Shown here: piece after piece, positions 1-10,256 of the stretch
How positions within the stretch are numbered: position 1 is the first letter of the stretch
How the letters are laid out: each line of letters begins with the position of its first letter
NCBI GenBank assembly: GCA_045586205.1
Contig: JAZMZW010000149.1
Coordinates: forward strand, 4,084-68,083
Direction of reading: 5' to 3'
DNA from: Faecousia sp.
Lineage (GTDB): Bacteria > Bacillota > Clostridia > Oscillospirales > Oscillospiraceae
Length of the DNA: 64,000 nucleotides
Program-made: the position numbers and the translations under genes
The notes under the pieces: model-generated
Told to the model about the DNA's origin: nothing
The model's database searches: none
The model's input: the letters and a program-made list of their open reading frames with translations, nothing else

Positions 1-1709
1 ATGAGGCCGTAGGTGCCCTTGGGGGTGCCGTAGCCCTGATATGCACCTGCAGGAGGTGTATTGGTGTAGAAGACCTTCAGGTCATAGCCCATATTGTCCA
101 CCTTGAACAGGGGCAGGGTCTTGGAACAGCTGTTCATGGGAACGGTCAGGCAGTGGTTGCCATAGGGACCGGTATTTGCACAAACCTCCATGAAGATGGC
201 AGTGATGGTGCCGTCCTTCTTACCGCCCATCTTCACACGGCAACGCATGGGATGGCGGGTGGAGTTTGCAATAAATTCTTCCTCACGGGTATTGCGGTAG
301 TAAACGGGCTTGCCGGTGATCCATGCGGCATAAGCGGTCAGCTCTTCTACCAGAATGTCCTGCTTACTGCCGTAGCCGCCGCCTACACGCTCCTTGATGA
401 TGTGGATCTTGTTCTCGGGAATTCCGCAGACCCAACTGCAGATGCGGCGCAGATGGTAGGGAACCTGAGTAGAGGCATTGACTACCAGACGGCCGTTTTC
501 CACATGAGCGTAGCAAACGTGGGGTTCCAGAGGAGTGTGCTGGATCTGGGTGGTCTGATAGGTCACATCCACGATCTCATCGGCCTCTGCGAAGCCCTTC
601 TCCATATCGCCGATGTGTCCCTTGTTGGAAGCGGCGATGTTCTTCTGAATATCTGCATGGAGGGGGAACTGGTAAACGACCTTGCCTTCACGCTCGTCAC
701 CGGCACGGGAGTTGTACTCCTCCAGATCGGCGGGAGCACCGGCGTTGTACTGTACGGGGCCGTTATGTACCAGAGGTGCGCCCTCTGCCATAGCTTCTTC
801 TACGGTAAATACTGCCTCGGTGGGCTCATATTCTACCTTAATGAGGGAGGCGGCCTTGTAGGCGATCTCCTTGGTTCTTGCAACGATACCGGCTACGCGG
901 TCGCCCACGTGACGGACCTTGCGGTTAAACAGACGGCGGTCATGGGGAGAGGGCTCGGGGTTGCCCTGACCTGCCTGCATGTAGTATACATCGGGGCAGT
1001 TGTCGGCGGTGATGATCGCGGCAACACCGTCCAGCTTCTCTGCCTCGGAAATGTCGATGCTCTTAATATAAGCACTTGCAAAGGGACTGCGGAGCACATG
1101 GAGGCTCCAAGCGTTTGCGGGAACCTTATCCTCAACGAAAACAGGCTCGCCGGAAACCAGCGCCGCACCGTCGATCTTATCCACGGGCTTACCTACCACT
1201 TCCAGCTTGGGGCGGAAGGAGGGAGCGATCTCGCTCTGATAAGCACCGGTGTCACGGAGCTCGGTAGCCAGCTTCACAGCCAGATAGTAGTGCTCATAGC
1301 CTGCATCACGGATGAAGATGGAAGTCAAGACTTCCTTGATTTCTTCCTTGGTGGGGTAAGGCTTCTTCTCCAACAGCCAAGTCAGGATCAGGGAGGCGGT
1401 AGCGGCATTGTATGCACTGGCAACGATACCTGCGGAGATCATAGCCTTCTGGACATAGTTCAGTTCTCTGCCCTTCAGCAGACCTTCTGCGGTGCGGATC
1501 TCAGCACCCTCTGCCTGATACAGCAGGATGAAGTTGGAATACTTCAGTTGGTCGTTAAAAATGATGGTATCGGAGCCTGCAAAGCCCTCGGCATCGTCAC
1601 TGTCACGGACAGACAGGTAGCCGTTGCGGTACAGGACATCTCTTAATCTTTCCGTAGGCTCACCGAGCAGACGGATCTGTTCTCCATTGATTCTGCATCT
1701 GTATTCCAT
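1..1709 (-). CDS. xdhD: XdhD/YgfN-like molybdopterin oxidoreductase with degenerate Fe-S N-terminal domain (runs off left edge of window)
   Basis: Not in the ORF track because it has no stop in the window. Manual translation from ATG 1709: MEYRCRINGE...SVRDSDDAEGFAGSDTIIFN...STQVPYHLRR...VGGGYGSKQ...AYQGYGTPKG, collinear with E. coli XdhD as I recall it. RBS GGAGG just upstream. Confidence 0.9.
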   Translation of the reverse strand, partial: MEYRCRINGEQIRLLGEPTERLRDVLYRNGYLSVRDSDDAEGFAGSDTIIFNDQLKYSNFILLYQAEGAEIRTAEGLLKGRELNYVQKAMISAGIVASAYNAATASLILTWLLEKKPYPTKEEIKEVLTSIFIRDAGYEHYYLAVKLATELRDTGAYQSEIAPSFRPKLEVVGKPVDKIDGAALVSGEPVFVEDKVPANAWSLHVLRSPFASAYIKSIDISEAEKLDGVAAIITADNCPDVYYMQAGQGNPEPSPHDRRLFNRKVRHVGDRVAGIVARTKEIAYKAASLIKVEYEPTEAVFTVEEAMAEGAPLVHNGPVQYNAGAPADLEEYNSRAGDEREGKVVYQFPLHADIQKNIAASNKGHIGDMEKGFAEADEIVDVTYQTTQIQHTPLEPHVCYAHVENGRLVVNASTQVPYHLRRICSWVCGIPENKIHIIKERVGGGYGSKQDILVEELTAYAAWITGKPVYYRNTREEEFIANSTRHPMRCRVKMGGKKDGTITAIFMEVCANTGPYGNHCLTVPMNSCSKTLPLFKVDNMGYDLKVFYTNTPPAGAYQGYGTPKGTYGL

Positions 1710-1713
1710 GATA

Positions 1714-2409
1714 TTACCTCCTCAGAGAAAAGACGACACCGGCCAGATATTTCTTGTATTCGGCGCTTCCTGCCAGATCGTCACAGAAGTTCATATTCTC
1801 GGTCAAATCGGGGGTAGTGCCACAGACCAACTCGCTACCCTTCACACTCAGGGCATAGACACCGTTGCTTTCTGCGGCGATAAGGGTGGCATGGCTTGCG
1901 GAGGTGTTGCCAAAACGCTTGACCCAGCCTTCACGAGCCTTTTCAATGACGATGTACTGAAGCAGGCACTTGCAAGCGCCCTTCAGGTAGTCGTAAGCAG
2001 TCTCTTCCTTCTCACCCTTTGCACTCAGGGCAATGATTTTTGCCTCTGCGGCACACAGAGCGGCGGCCAAATAGCTGTCATCCCGGCGGAGAGCCAGGTT
2101 GCCACCTACGGTAGCGGAATTACGTTTGACAAAAGAGGAGCAGAACTTTGCGGCCTCTTTGAGGAATGCGGGGATCAGGTCACTTTCAACCAGCTGTTGG
2201 AGGGTGACACGGGAGCCAATATAGATTTTGCCGTCTTTTTCTTCAATGGTGTCAAATCCCAGTGCGTTGATGTCGATAAGTTCTTTTCCTTCTGCGGCAC
2301 CACCAAGACGCAGGTCATCCGTTCCACCGGCAAGGTAGGCCGTGGTATCGGGCTTTGCATATCGGAGCGCAACCGCTTCGGAAGCCGTCTGAGGACGATG
2401 GATGATCAT
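1714..2409 (-). CDS. ygfM: YgfM-like FAD-binding subunit of molybdopterin dehydrogenase
   Basis: YLAGGTD and RNSATVGGNL FAD_binding_5 motifs. Start moved to MIIHRPQ, which has an AGGAGG RBS. Adjacent to xdhD. Confidence 0.8.
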   Translation of the reverse strand: MIIHRPQTASEAVALRYAKPDTTAYLAGGTDDLRLGGAAEGKELIDINALGFDTIEEKDGKIYIGSRVTLQQLVESDLIPAFLKEAAKFCSSFVKRNSATVGGNLALRRDDSYLAAALCAAEAKIIALSAKGEKEETAYDYLKGACKCLLQYIVIEKAREGWVKRFGNTSASHATLIAAESNGVYALSVKGSELVCGTTPDLTENMNFCDDLAGSAEYKKYLAGVVFSLRR

Positions 2410-2711
2410 AAAGCTAACCTCCTGATAATGGATTCTTTCGTGGATGCCCGTACAGCGTACAGAAACCCACTTTCTCACATAGAGTATATCATAAAATCTC
2501 CTACATTTGAAGAGGCATCGTGATATTATTTATAAAATAACGAAAAATTTTTGTAGATAATTTCTCCTTTTTTGAGTATACTATAATAGCTGAGCCTCAC
2601 AGTCTCTCGGAGGCTCTGTCCCCTCTCCCTTTTTCCTCCGTCGGAAAGCCGTGACAGGAAAAATACATTGCACAATGGGAGAGTACATCAGATTCACAAA
2701 GGAGAGCTCTT

Positions 2712-3299
2712 ATGCAGAAGCTTAAGATCGGCTGTGTTGTTATGGCTGCGGGGAATGCCTCCCGCTTTGGAGAAAATAAGTTGTCTGTCCCCGTAGAAGG
2801 AAAGCCCATGATCCGTCATGCCTTGGAGGCAGTCCCCCAAGGTCTGGAGGTAGTAGTGGTCACACAATATCCGGAGGTGGAGACCCTTGCGGAGGAATTC
2901 GGCTTCAGCTGTATCCGCAACGAACACCCCGATTGGGGCATCAGCCACACCATTTCCCTGGGAACACAGCACCTTTGGAACTGTGACGGCATATTGTATA
3001 TGGTATCGGATCAGCCGCTCCTGCGGAGAGAATCTGTGGAAAAGCTGGTAGAACTCTGGAAAACCCAACCCCACAGAATCGCCGGGGCAAGCCACGGGGG
3101 TAAGCGCGGAAACCCCTGTCTCTTCCCCAAAAAATTCTTCCCGGATCTGTGCTTGTTGCAGGGAGATACAGGCGGAAATGCGGTGATCCGCAACAATGGA
3201 GAGTCCCTGATCCTTGTGGAGTTTGAAAAATCCGAGCTTCGGGATATAGACACACCTGACGCGTTAATGAATATCTATAATAACAGGAATAATTCTTAA
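2712..3299 (+). CDS. mocA: Molybdenum cofactor cytidylyltransferase (MocA/YgfJ family)
   Basis: MAAGNASRFGENKL, DQP, GNP, GDTGG and DIDT motifs. Divergent from the xanthine dehydrogenase genes. Confidence 0.85.
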   Translation: MQKLKIGCVVMAAGNASRFGENKLSVPVEGKPMIRHALEAVPQGLEVVVVTQYPEVETLAEEFGFSCIRNEHPDWGISHTISLGTQHLWNCDGILYMVSDQPLLRRESVEKLVELWKTQPHRIAGASHGGKRGNPCLFPKKFFPDLCLLQGDTGGNAVIRNNGESLILVEFEKSELRDIDTPDALMNIYNNRNNS

Positions 3300-3488
3300 A
3301 TTTATCAATTTCATAGATAGAAAGCCACTGTTTTTCTTCATTTTTGGAAATGAAACCCCTTTCATTTATCTTTTTCATTTATGAAAGAAACAGTGGTTTC
3401 TTTCATAGTTTTTCGCCGATTATTGAACACTATGCACACTTTCAATTGAGCTGTTTAAAATTTTTTAGTTATTTCCACGAAAAAACTC

Positions 3489-3517
3489 TTGCATTTTATC
3501 CAATTATCTGCTATACT
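3489..3517 (+). promoter_or_regulatory. Sigma-A promoter of NCS2 permease
   Basis: TTGCAT-17 bp-TATACT with extended TG. Confidence 0.6.
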
Positions 3518-3574
3518 GCTATCAAGGGGAACGGTTGATCCGTACCCAAATAAATTAAATTAGGAGGGACACTT

Positions 3575-4978
3575 ATGGAAAAGTTCTTTAAACTCAAAGA
3601 ACGACAAACCACCGTTCGCATCGAATTCTTTGCGGGCTTGACCACCTTCATGGCTATGGCTTATATCCTGATGGTCAACGCAGGGATGTTCGGGGAACTG
3701 GGAGACGGCTATTACAACGCCGTGTACATCGCAACCGCCATTTCCGCCGTAGTCGGCACCGTCCTCATCGGTCTACTTGCCAATCTGCCCCTCGCGCAGG
3801 CGTCCGGCATGGGCCTCAACGCATTCTTCGTCTACACCGTATGCTTCACACTGGGCTTCTCTTATGCCAACGCTCTGGTGCTGGTTCTGTTTGACGGACT
3901 GCTGTTCATCGTACTGACTGTCACCGGCCTGCGTAAGATGATCTTTGAAGCCATTCCCAAAGCAGTCAAAGCCGCAATTTCCGCCGGCATCGGCCTCTTC
4001 ATCGCCTTCCTCGGCATGCAGAATGCAGGCCTTGTAGTGGACGATGGAGCAACACTGGTCAATCTCCACTCCTTCAACATCTTCCTCGGTGGCGTCACCT
4101 GGGCAGAGATCATGCCCATTCTGGTCACCATCTTCGCCGTATTCATCATCGCCATCCTCAGCAAGCGTAAGGTCAAAGGCTCTGTCCTGTGGGGCATCAT
4201 CGGCGGTGCCATCCTGTACTATGTACTGGGTCTGCTGACCATCAACGGCTTCTACGATGCAAGCGTTGCACCCAATCTCAGTGCAGACGTATTCGGACCC
4301 TTCAAGGACTTCGGCACTCTGGCATTCGGCAAGGTCTTTACCGAAGGTTTCAATTTCACTCCCTATATCGACAGCAACGGTATGGCAAACTTCATCATCA
4401 CCATTGCTACCACTGCACTGGCCTTCTGCATGGTGGATATGTTCGATACTCTGGGCACTCTCTACGGCGCTTGCTCCGTCGGTGGCCTTGTGGACGAGGA
4501 AGGCAACATCCCCAACATGGATAAGGCCATGCTGGCAGACGCCATTGCAACCTGCACCGGTGCTGTCTGCGGTACTTCCACCGTCACCACCTTCGTAGAA
4601 TCCTCCGCAGGCGTTGCGGAAGGTGGCAGAACCGGACTGTCCGCGATCTTCACCGCACTGTTCTTCTTCATTGCCCTGTTCTTAGCTCCCGTAGCCGCCA
4701 TGATCCCCGGCTGTGCAACTGCCGCCGCTCTGATCTATGTCGGTATCCTCATGATCGGCGGAGTCAAGGACATTGAGTGGGAAGACCCCTGCAGTGCAGT
4801 TCCCGCCTTCCTGACCATGACCCTCATGCCCTTCACCTACAACATCTCCTACGGCATCGCCTTCGGTCTGATCTCCTACATCGTGATCAACCTCTTCACC
4901 GGCAAGGCTAAGGAGATCAAGCTGGGCACCTGGATCATCGGCGCACTCTTCGCCATCATGTTCTTCTTCTCCAGATAA
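3575..4978 (+). CDS. NCS2/AzgA-family purine (guanine/hypoxanthine/adenine) permease
   Basis: TTFMAMAYIL, ASGMGLNAFF, DMFDTLGTL and TTFVESSAGVAEGGRTGL motifs; many TM segments. Confidence 0.92.
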   Translation: MEKFFKLKERQTTVRIEFFAGLTTFMAMAYILMVNAGMFGELGDGYYNAVYIATAISAVVGTVLIGLLANLPLAQASGMGLNAFFVYTVCFTLGFSYANALVLVLFDGLLFIVLTVTGLRKMIFEAIPKAVKAAISAGIGLFIAFLGMQNAGLVVDDGATLVNLHSFNIFLGGVTWAEIMPILVTIFAVFIIAILSKRKVKGSVLWGIIGGAILYYVLGLLTINGFYDASVAPNLSADVFGPFKDFGTLAFGKVFTEGFNFTPYIDSNGMANFIITIATTALAFCMVDMFDTLGTLYGACSVGGLVDEEGNIPNMDKAMLADAIATCTGAVCGTSTVTTFVESSAGVAEGGRTGLSAIFTALFFFIALFLAPVAAMIPGCATAAALIYVGILMIGGVKDIEWEDPCSAVPAFLTMTLMPFTYNISYGIAFGLISYIVINLFTGKAKEIKLGTWIIGALFAIMFFFSR

Positions 4979-4985
4979 GGAATCA

Positions 4986-5018
4986 TTGCCCCCTGCCCGT
5001 TTAGGGGGCAGGGGGCAA
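4986..5018 (+). terminator. GC-rich hairpin after the permease
   Basis: TTGCCCCCTGCCC / GGGCAGGGGGCAA 13-bp stem; weak U tail. Confidence 0.5.
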
Positions 5019-5356
5019 ACTGATCTCACCTTTTCCCGTGGGCGCAGTGCGTGTCCTCTCTCACCCATTTTACCTTCCTTTCTGCCGCACTCACTCCTTT
5101 ACCTGCGTTTCTTTTCCATAACTACGCACTGCGCCCCTTTTTTAAAGACAACGCAGAAGCAAAAGAAAGACATTCCCTCCCTCCAAACTTGCCTTGGAGG
5201 GAGAGTTTTTATGCCTGACCGACAAGTGGCAGTAAATGTACAATGAGTCCAGGTTGATAGTTGACAGTGGATCGTTGCCGCAGCTACCGATTTGTATGAG
5301 TTTGCAATATTTCGTGTCGTGTATTCGGACATTGCATGGTACCAAGTATAAGCACA

Positions 5357-5396
5357 CAGACCCTGTTACGGAGAGAATGATCCGTAACAGGGTCTG
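5357..5396 (-). terminator. Hairpin after the polysaccharide deacetylase gene
   Basis: Perfect 16-bp stem CAGACCCTGTTACGGA / TCCGTAACAGGGTCTG. Confidence 0.6.
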
Positions 5397-5408
5397 CTTG
5401 TCCTTTCA

Positions 5409-6536
5409 TTAAGTTCCTGCGTTGCTGATATAGGATGCAAAGGTATAAATGTCTGTATAACGAGAGACGTAGTAACGGCTGACCTTGTAAGGATTGTCCT
5501 TGGAGGTGTTGTACAGACCGCCCTGCATCTTCAGGCCGAACTGATAATACCGCTCAGCAACCTTGATGGTGGTGCTGTTGTAATAGCCGGTGGGGTAGCA
5601 AAGAACTGTGGGGATCTTTCCGGTAACACGGGTCAGGACTCTCCAAGTTTCTCCCAGTTCGTACTCCAGAGTTGCCTCATCCATCTTATCCATATCGTGG
5701 TGAGTATAACCGTGGGACTGGACGCTGATCAGACCGGAGTCGGAAAGCTCCTTGATCTGCTCCGCTGTCATCTTGTGGGTCTTCCCCATAGCATTACCGA
5801 TGATGAAGACTGTTGCCTTCACATTATACTTCTGAAGCAAGGGGAACAGCTCTGTATAATTGTCATCGTAGCCGTCATCGAAGGTCAGGATCACAGGCTT
5901 GTCGTAATCCTCTACATGGGACAGATCCTGGAACCAGATGGGATCGTAGCCGTTATCTACCAGATAGGCAAGCTGTTTTTCCATTTCGGTAGGCTTGACA
6001 AAAAGCTCGTTGATGCCCCACATATTGTCACTGACAGCATGGTACATGAGAACAGGCACATTCACATCCGCAGGGATCTCAAAGGCCTTGGATGAGGGGG
6101 TGATGTACAAGGTCCCATCCTGATCATCTTCCCACATGGGATAGCCCTGTTCTTCTACCAGAGCAAGCAGATCGATCAGTTCCTCCGCAGTTTCCTCTGC
6201 ACCGATATCTGCAGGGTAAACCATGAGGGTCTCTACACCGTCTACATAGTAGGTTGCCAGTTCCGCCCCCTCGTAGACCACACGCTTCCCACTGCTTTCA
6301 ATCACGGGCAGGGGCTCGGTAGTGGTGGGAGGCTCGGTGGTGGGAGGCTCGGTGGTAGGTGCTTCAGTGGGAGCCTCTGTGGTGGAAGCTTCTGTGACAG
6401 GAGCCTCTGTGGTGCTTACCGTAGGTACTGTCTTGGGGAGCTCGTGCTTTGTATCGATCACATCAAAATACAGCAATCCCGCCCATACCATCAGCACTGC
6501 AAGAATCAGTGATAAATAAAGTGTTACTTTTCCCAT
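5409..6536 (-). CDS. Membrane-anchored polysaccharide deacetylase (CE4, IcaB/YadE-like) with TEAP/TEPP linker
   Basis: N-terminal TM, Thr/Glu/Pro repeats, PVLMYH, LTFDDGY, QSHGYTH, CYPTG. Confidence 0.9.
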   Translation of the reverse strand: MGKVTLYLSLILAVLMVWAGLLYFDVIDTKHELPKTVPTVSTTEAPVTEASTTEAPTEAPTTEPPTTEPPTTTEPLPVIESSGKRVVYEGAELATYYVDGVETLMVYPADIGAEETAEELIDLLALVEEQGYPMWEDDQDGTLYITPSSKAFEIPADVNVPVLMYHAVSDNMWGINELFVKPTEMEKQLAYLVDNGYDPIWFQDLSHVEDYDKPVILTFDDGYDDNYTELFPLLQKYNVKATVFIIGNAMGKTHKMTAEQIKELSDSGLISVQSHGYTHHDMDKMDEATLEYELGETWRVLTRVTGKIPTVLCYPTGYYNSTTIKVAERYYQFGLKMQGGLYNTSKDNPYKVSRYYVSRYTDIYTFASYISNAGT

Positions 6537-6543
6537 AGCTCTC

Positions 6544-6999
6544 TTACTTCTCTTCTAAAATCTTAGTCAGCTCACGCATGAAGCTGTTGATATCCTTAAA
6601 CTGGCGGTACACGGAAGCAAAGCGGACATAGGCAACCTCATCCAATTGCTTCAGACGATCCATGACCAGCTCACCGATCTTGTCGGTGCTGACTTCCCGT
6701 TCCAGAGAATTCTGAACGATCTGCTCGATCTCATTGACAGCCTTCTCAATATCCGCAATGGCTACAGGGCGCTTCTCGCTGGCACGCACCATACCACGGA
6801 GGATCTTGTCACGGTCAAAGGGCTCTCTGCTGTTGTCCTTCTTGACAACGATCACAGGAAGACTTTCCACAGTTTCATAAGTGGTAAAACGCTTCTGGCA
6901 GGACAAGCATTCTCTGCGACGGCGGATGGAATTTCCCTCATCGGAATGACGGGAGTCCACGACCTTGCTTTCCTGATAAGAACAATAGGGACATCTCAT
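6544..6999 (-). CDS. nrdR: Transcriptional repressor NrdR
   Basis: MRCPYC...RRRRECLSC zinc ribbon, ATP cone, AYVRFASVY. Confidence 0.98.
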   Translation of the reverse strand: MRCPYCSYQESKVVDSRHSDEGNSIRRRRECLSCQKRFTTYETVESLPVIVVKKDNSREPFDRDKILRGMVRASEKRPVAIADIEKAVNEIEQIVQNSLEREVSTDKIGELVMDRLKQLDEVAYVRFASVYRQFKDINSFMRELTKILEEK

Positions 7000-7177
7000 A
7001 ATTATAGAAACCTCCTTAAGGCTACATAGTAGTGTTATTTTACCAAAAACAAAGGAACTTGTCTATCCCTTTTTTCATTTTTCCCGGAGTTTCTGAATTT
7101 TCCGTGAGATAAGAACTTTTTTCCTGAGGGAGGACTGTCTAATTTCGTCATTTTCTCCCAAAAACGCAAGAAATAGA

Positions 7178-7206
7178 TTGCCATTTTTCACGGTACATGA
7201 TATAAT
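7178..7206 (+). promoter_or_regulatory. Sigma-A promoter of the uracil permease gene
   Basis: TTGCCA-17 bp-TATAAT with extended TG. Confidence 0.65.
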
Positions 7207-7252
7207 GGTATGTACCAATTCGTGAAAAACGAAAAATTGACAGGAGGTCTCT

Positions 7253-8542
7253 ATGAAATTGAAAACCGCACTCTGGGGCAACGACAAGCCCGGCCGTGCT
7301 GTGACTCTGGGTCTGCAGCATGTCTTTGCTATGTTCGGCTCCACCGTCCTCGTACCTGCTCTGACAGGTCTGGACCCCGCCGTCACTCTGCTGTGTATGG
7401 GTATCGGCACTCTGATCTTCCACCTGATCACCGGTGGTATGGTTCCCGCTTTCATGGGTTCCAGCTTCTCCTTCATCGTTCCCATTACCGCTGTTGCAGC
7501 CAACTGCGCAGAAAAGGGCATCGACAACTTCGCTTCCTATGTGGGCATCGGCATTATGGCATCCGGTGTTCTGTACCTGATCCTTGCAGGTATGGTCAAG
7601 CTCTTCGGTGCTAAGCGGATCACCAACTTCTTCCCCCCCATTGTCACCGGTTGCATGATCATCATCATCGGCATGATGCTTGCTCCCACTGCAATGAACA
7701 ACATCACCACCGTTACCGACATCCCCGTTTGGAAGAACTGGGTCGTTGCCATCTTCACCGTCATTACCATTCTGGTTGTTATGTTCTTCACCAAGGGCTT
7801 CATTAAGCTGGTTCCCATTCTCATCGGCATCGTTGCAGGCTATGCCCTGTCTCTGGCTCTGGGCATGGTAGACACCTCTGCTGTGACCGAGGCCGCCATC
7901 TTTGAACTGCCCAAGGTTTCCCTGCCCCAGTTCAAGGATTGGAGTGCAATTACTTATGCCATCACCATGATCGCTCCCATCTCCATCGTTACCTTCGTTG
8001 AGCATGTAGGCGATATCACTGCCAACGGCGCTGTTACCGGCAAGAACTACATCGAAGATCCCGGCCTCCATCGCACCCTTGCAGGTTGCGGTCTGGCTTC
8101 CATGTTCTCCGGTCTCATGGGTGGCCCCGCTGCTACCACTTACTCCGAGAACACCGGTGTTCTGGCAGCTACCCGTAACTACAACCCCGCTACCCTGCGT
8201 ATTGCCGCTGTATTTGCTATCATTCTGTCCCTCTTCGGCACTGTTTCCGGCATTCTGGGAAGCATCCCCGCACCTGTTATGGGTGGTGTTTCCATCATCC
8301 TCTTCGGTATGATCGCCTCCGTCGGCCTGCGTATGCTGGTTGAGAATCAGGTTGACTTCACCAGAAGCTACAATCTGGTCATTGCCGCCGTCATGCTGGT
8401 CATCGGTCTGGGTCTGCCCAACGGCATCTCCTTCGGCAATTTCAATGTCAGCGGTACTGCTATCGCCGCTGTTCTGGGTGTCATCCTGGCAAAGGTTCTC
8501 CCCAAGAACGACGCAGAAGAAAAGGAAGCCGCAAAGAACTAA
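7253..8542 (+). CDS. uraA: Uracil/xanthine permease (NCS2, UraA/PyrP-like)
   Basis: GLQHVFAMFG, GSSFSFI, EHVGD and TTYSENTGV NAT signature. Confidence 0.85.
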   Translation: MKLKTALWGNDKPGRAVTLGLQHVFAMFGSTVLVPALTGLDPAVTLLCMGIGTLIFHLITGGMVPAFMGSSFSFIVPITAVAANCAEKGIDNFASYVGIGIMASGVLYLILAGMVKLFGAKRITNFFPPIVTGCMIIIIGMMLAPTAMNNITTVTDIPVWKNWVVAIFTVITILVVMFFTKGFIKLVPILIGIVAGYALSLALGMVDTSAVTEAAIFELPKVSLPQFKDWSAITYAITMIAPISIVTFVEHVGDITANGAVTGKNYIEDPGLHRTLAGCGLASMFSGLMGGPAATTYSENTGVLAATRNYNPATLRIAAVFAIILSLFGTVSGILGSIPAPVMGGVSIILFGMIASVGLRMLVENQVDFTRSYNLVIAAVMLVIGLGLPNGISFGNFNVSGTAIAAVLGVILAKVLPKNDAEEKEAAKN

Positions 8543-8564
8543 TCTTCTCAAAATTCCAATAAAC

Positions 8565-8608
8565 AAAACCGGAAGGTCACTTCATTGAGGCCTTCCGGTT
8601 TCTTTTTT
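8565..8608 (+). terminator. Intrinsic terminator (probably bidirectional)
   Basis: AACCGGAAGG...CCTTCCGGTT followed by a T run. Confidence 0.75.
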
Positions 8609-8616
8609 GTTTTCAG

Positions 8617-10026
8617 TTATTCCACAGGATCGGTTTCCGGCTCCGGATCAGGATAGCCGGAAACGTAAAGGTCTTCGTAAATAACCTTGTACAGGGTATC
8701 TGCCGCACCGTCAAGGTCGTATACAAAATACACATAGTTTCTCGGCCCGAACTTATCTGCCCAGTACTCCACCATGTCGATGAGAGCATAACTCTCCAAG
8801 CTGTAGCCCTGAAGTACCGCCTCCATCATAATACCAAGGATCTCGTTGCTCTCAAAGGAGGTCTTGCACAGCTCCATACCTGCACGGATCAGTGTGGGAT
8901 AGGTAGAGGTGGGGATGGTCTTAGCCTTCTCAAACATGGAAGTAAGAACCTCACGCTGACGACCGGTACGCTTGGCTTCGCTGTCGTTGCGACTGCTGGA
9001 TCTCATTCTGGAATAGGTCACTGCCGCCGCACCGTCCAAGAAGTTCAGACCGTAGCTGAGTCCGTAGTGACCGTAGAAGTTCATATACTCCAGCTCGTCA
9101 TAATCCAGGCGAACCTCTACACCGCCCAGAAGATCCACGATTTGTTCGATCTCATCCATGCGAACAGTAATGTAATCCTTGACATTGAGTCTGTAGTTAT
9201 AGTTGACAGTACTGACTGCGGTTTTCTCCTGACCTGCAGAATAAGCATACGTCAGTTTGGTATAAGAACCCCATTCGGGAATCTTCACATAGCTGTCACG
9301 AGCCAGAGAGATCAGCTTGACCTTTTTGTGTACACGGTCAAAACTCAGGACAATTACCGTGTCGGAAGAACCAACCTTGTCCAAACCGAACAAAAGGTAA
9401 TTCTCGATCTGCGCAGCATCGGGATGGAGATAGCCCGGGCCTGTGGGAGTCTTGCTGTTCATCATGGCCAGACCTTCCTCAGGCACATCCTCGTCCAAGA
9501 GGTATTCCCAATCCAGTTCCTGAAGCTGAAGCTGTTCCTTGACTTCTTCCTCTTCCAGAACTTCAATGACCTCGGGCTCGGTTTCCAGATCGATCATACC
9601 CTCAGCATCCGGTTCCACAATAATCAGTTCCTCCTGCACCTCTTTGAACTCCGTATCATAGTCCATGGTGCCGAACATATAATTGTAGAAATACAAAACA
9701 ACGCCTGCCAGGAAGACGATCAGCAGTGCGAGGATCATAGAAAACACCGCAAGACCTTTTTTCTGCTTTTTGATAAAGAAGGTGACCAATGCGATCAGCA
9801 CAGAAGTTGCCGCCAATGCAACCGCTACTACCGCACCCAAGGTGATCTTATCCAGAAGGTCGGCGCCGATGTTATGCTCCAAATAAGCGGATACGGAGGA
9901 CAGACCCACATACAGCAGTACGCAAATGGACAGGAAAACCGCCAGGAAAGCGATCCAGCCCATAGTACCTTTCCGTTTTATGACTTTCTTTTCGGGAACG
10001 GATGTTCCTGTTTCTATCTGTTCCAT
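8617..10026 (-). CDS. LCP (LytR-CpsA-Psr) family wall-polymer transferase
   Basis: 3 TM segments, LLFGLD, SDT, ISLARDSYV, YSRMR, RTGRQRE. Start at MEQIETG after GAAAGGA. Confidence 0.9.
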   Translation of the reverse strand: MEQIETGTSVPEKKVIKRKGTMGWIAFLAVFLSICVLLYVGLSSVSAYLEHNIGADLLDKITLGAVVAVALAATSVLIALVTFFIKKQKKGLAVFSMILALLIVFLAGVVLYFYNYMFGTMDYDTEFKEVQEELIIVEPDAEGMIDLETEPEVIEVLEEEEVKEQLQLQELDWEYLLDEDVPEEGLAMMNSKTPTGPGYLHPDAAQIENYLLFGLDKVGSSDTVIVLSFDRVHKKVKLISLARDSYVKIPEWGSYTKLTYAYSAGQEKTAVSTVNYNYRLNVKDYITVRMDEIEQIVDLLGGVEVRLDYDELEYMNFYGHYGLSYGLNFLDGAAAVTYSRMRSSSRNDSEAKRTGRQREVLTSMFEKAKTIPTSTYPTLIRAGMELCKTSFESNEILGIMMEAVLQGYSLESYALIDMVEYWADKFGPRNYVYFVYDLDGAADTLYKVIYEDLYVSGYPDPEPETDPVE

Positions 10027-10256
10027 AGGAGATTCCTTTCTGTATTCCTCCCTACGAGGAGGGAAATACCGGTGGTAAGCTTTACGTTTTAGACGAATCC
10101 CAAAAGGAAAAGTTCCGCCTGTTGAATCATTATACCATAGACTTCCGGCATTTTCCACCCCTTTTCAAAAGAAAGGCGGAGGAAAATTCCTCCGCCACAG
10201 GTTTACCAAGCCTTACAGGATCCTACCCCGGTCTCTGTTTCTATGCCAAAAGGAAC

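Noticed and set aside
153-2523. Long plus-strand ORFs (497 aa and 299 aa)
   Set aside because: Antisense shadows of xdhD and ygfM, with no motifs of their own.
3518-3574. Purine riboswitch or PyrR attenuator ahead of the NCS2 permeases (also 7207-7252)
   Set aside because: The leaders are only about 50 nt and lack the aptamer or terminator motifs.
7020-7036. Possible NrdR box upstream of nrdR
   Set aside because: ACACTACTATGTAG fits the consensus only with a 1-nt insertion, and there is no tandem second box.
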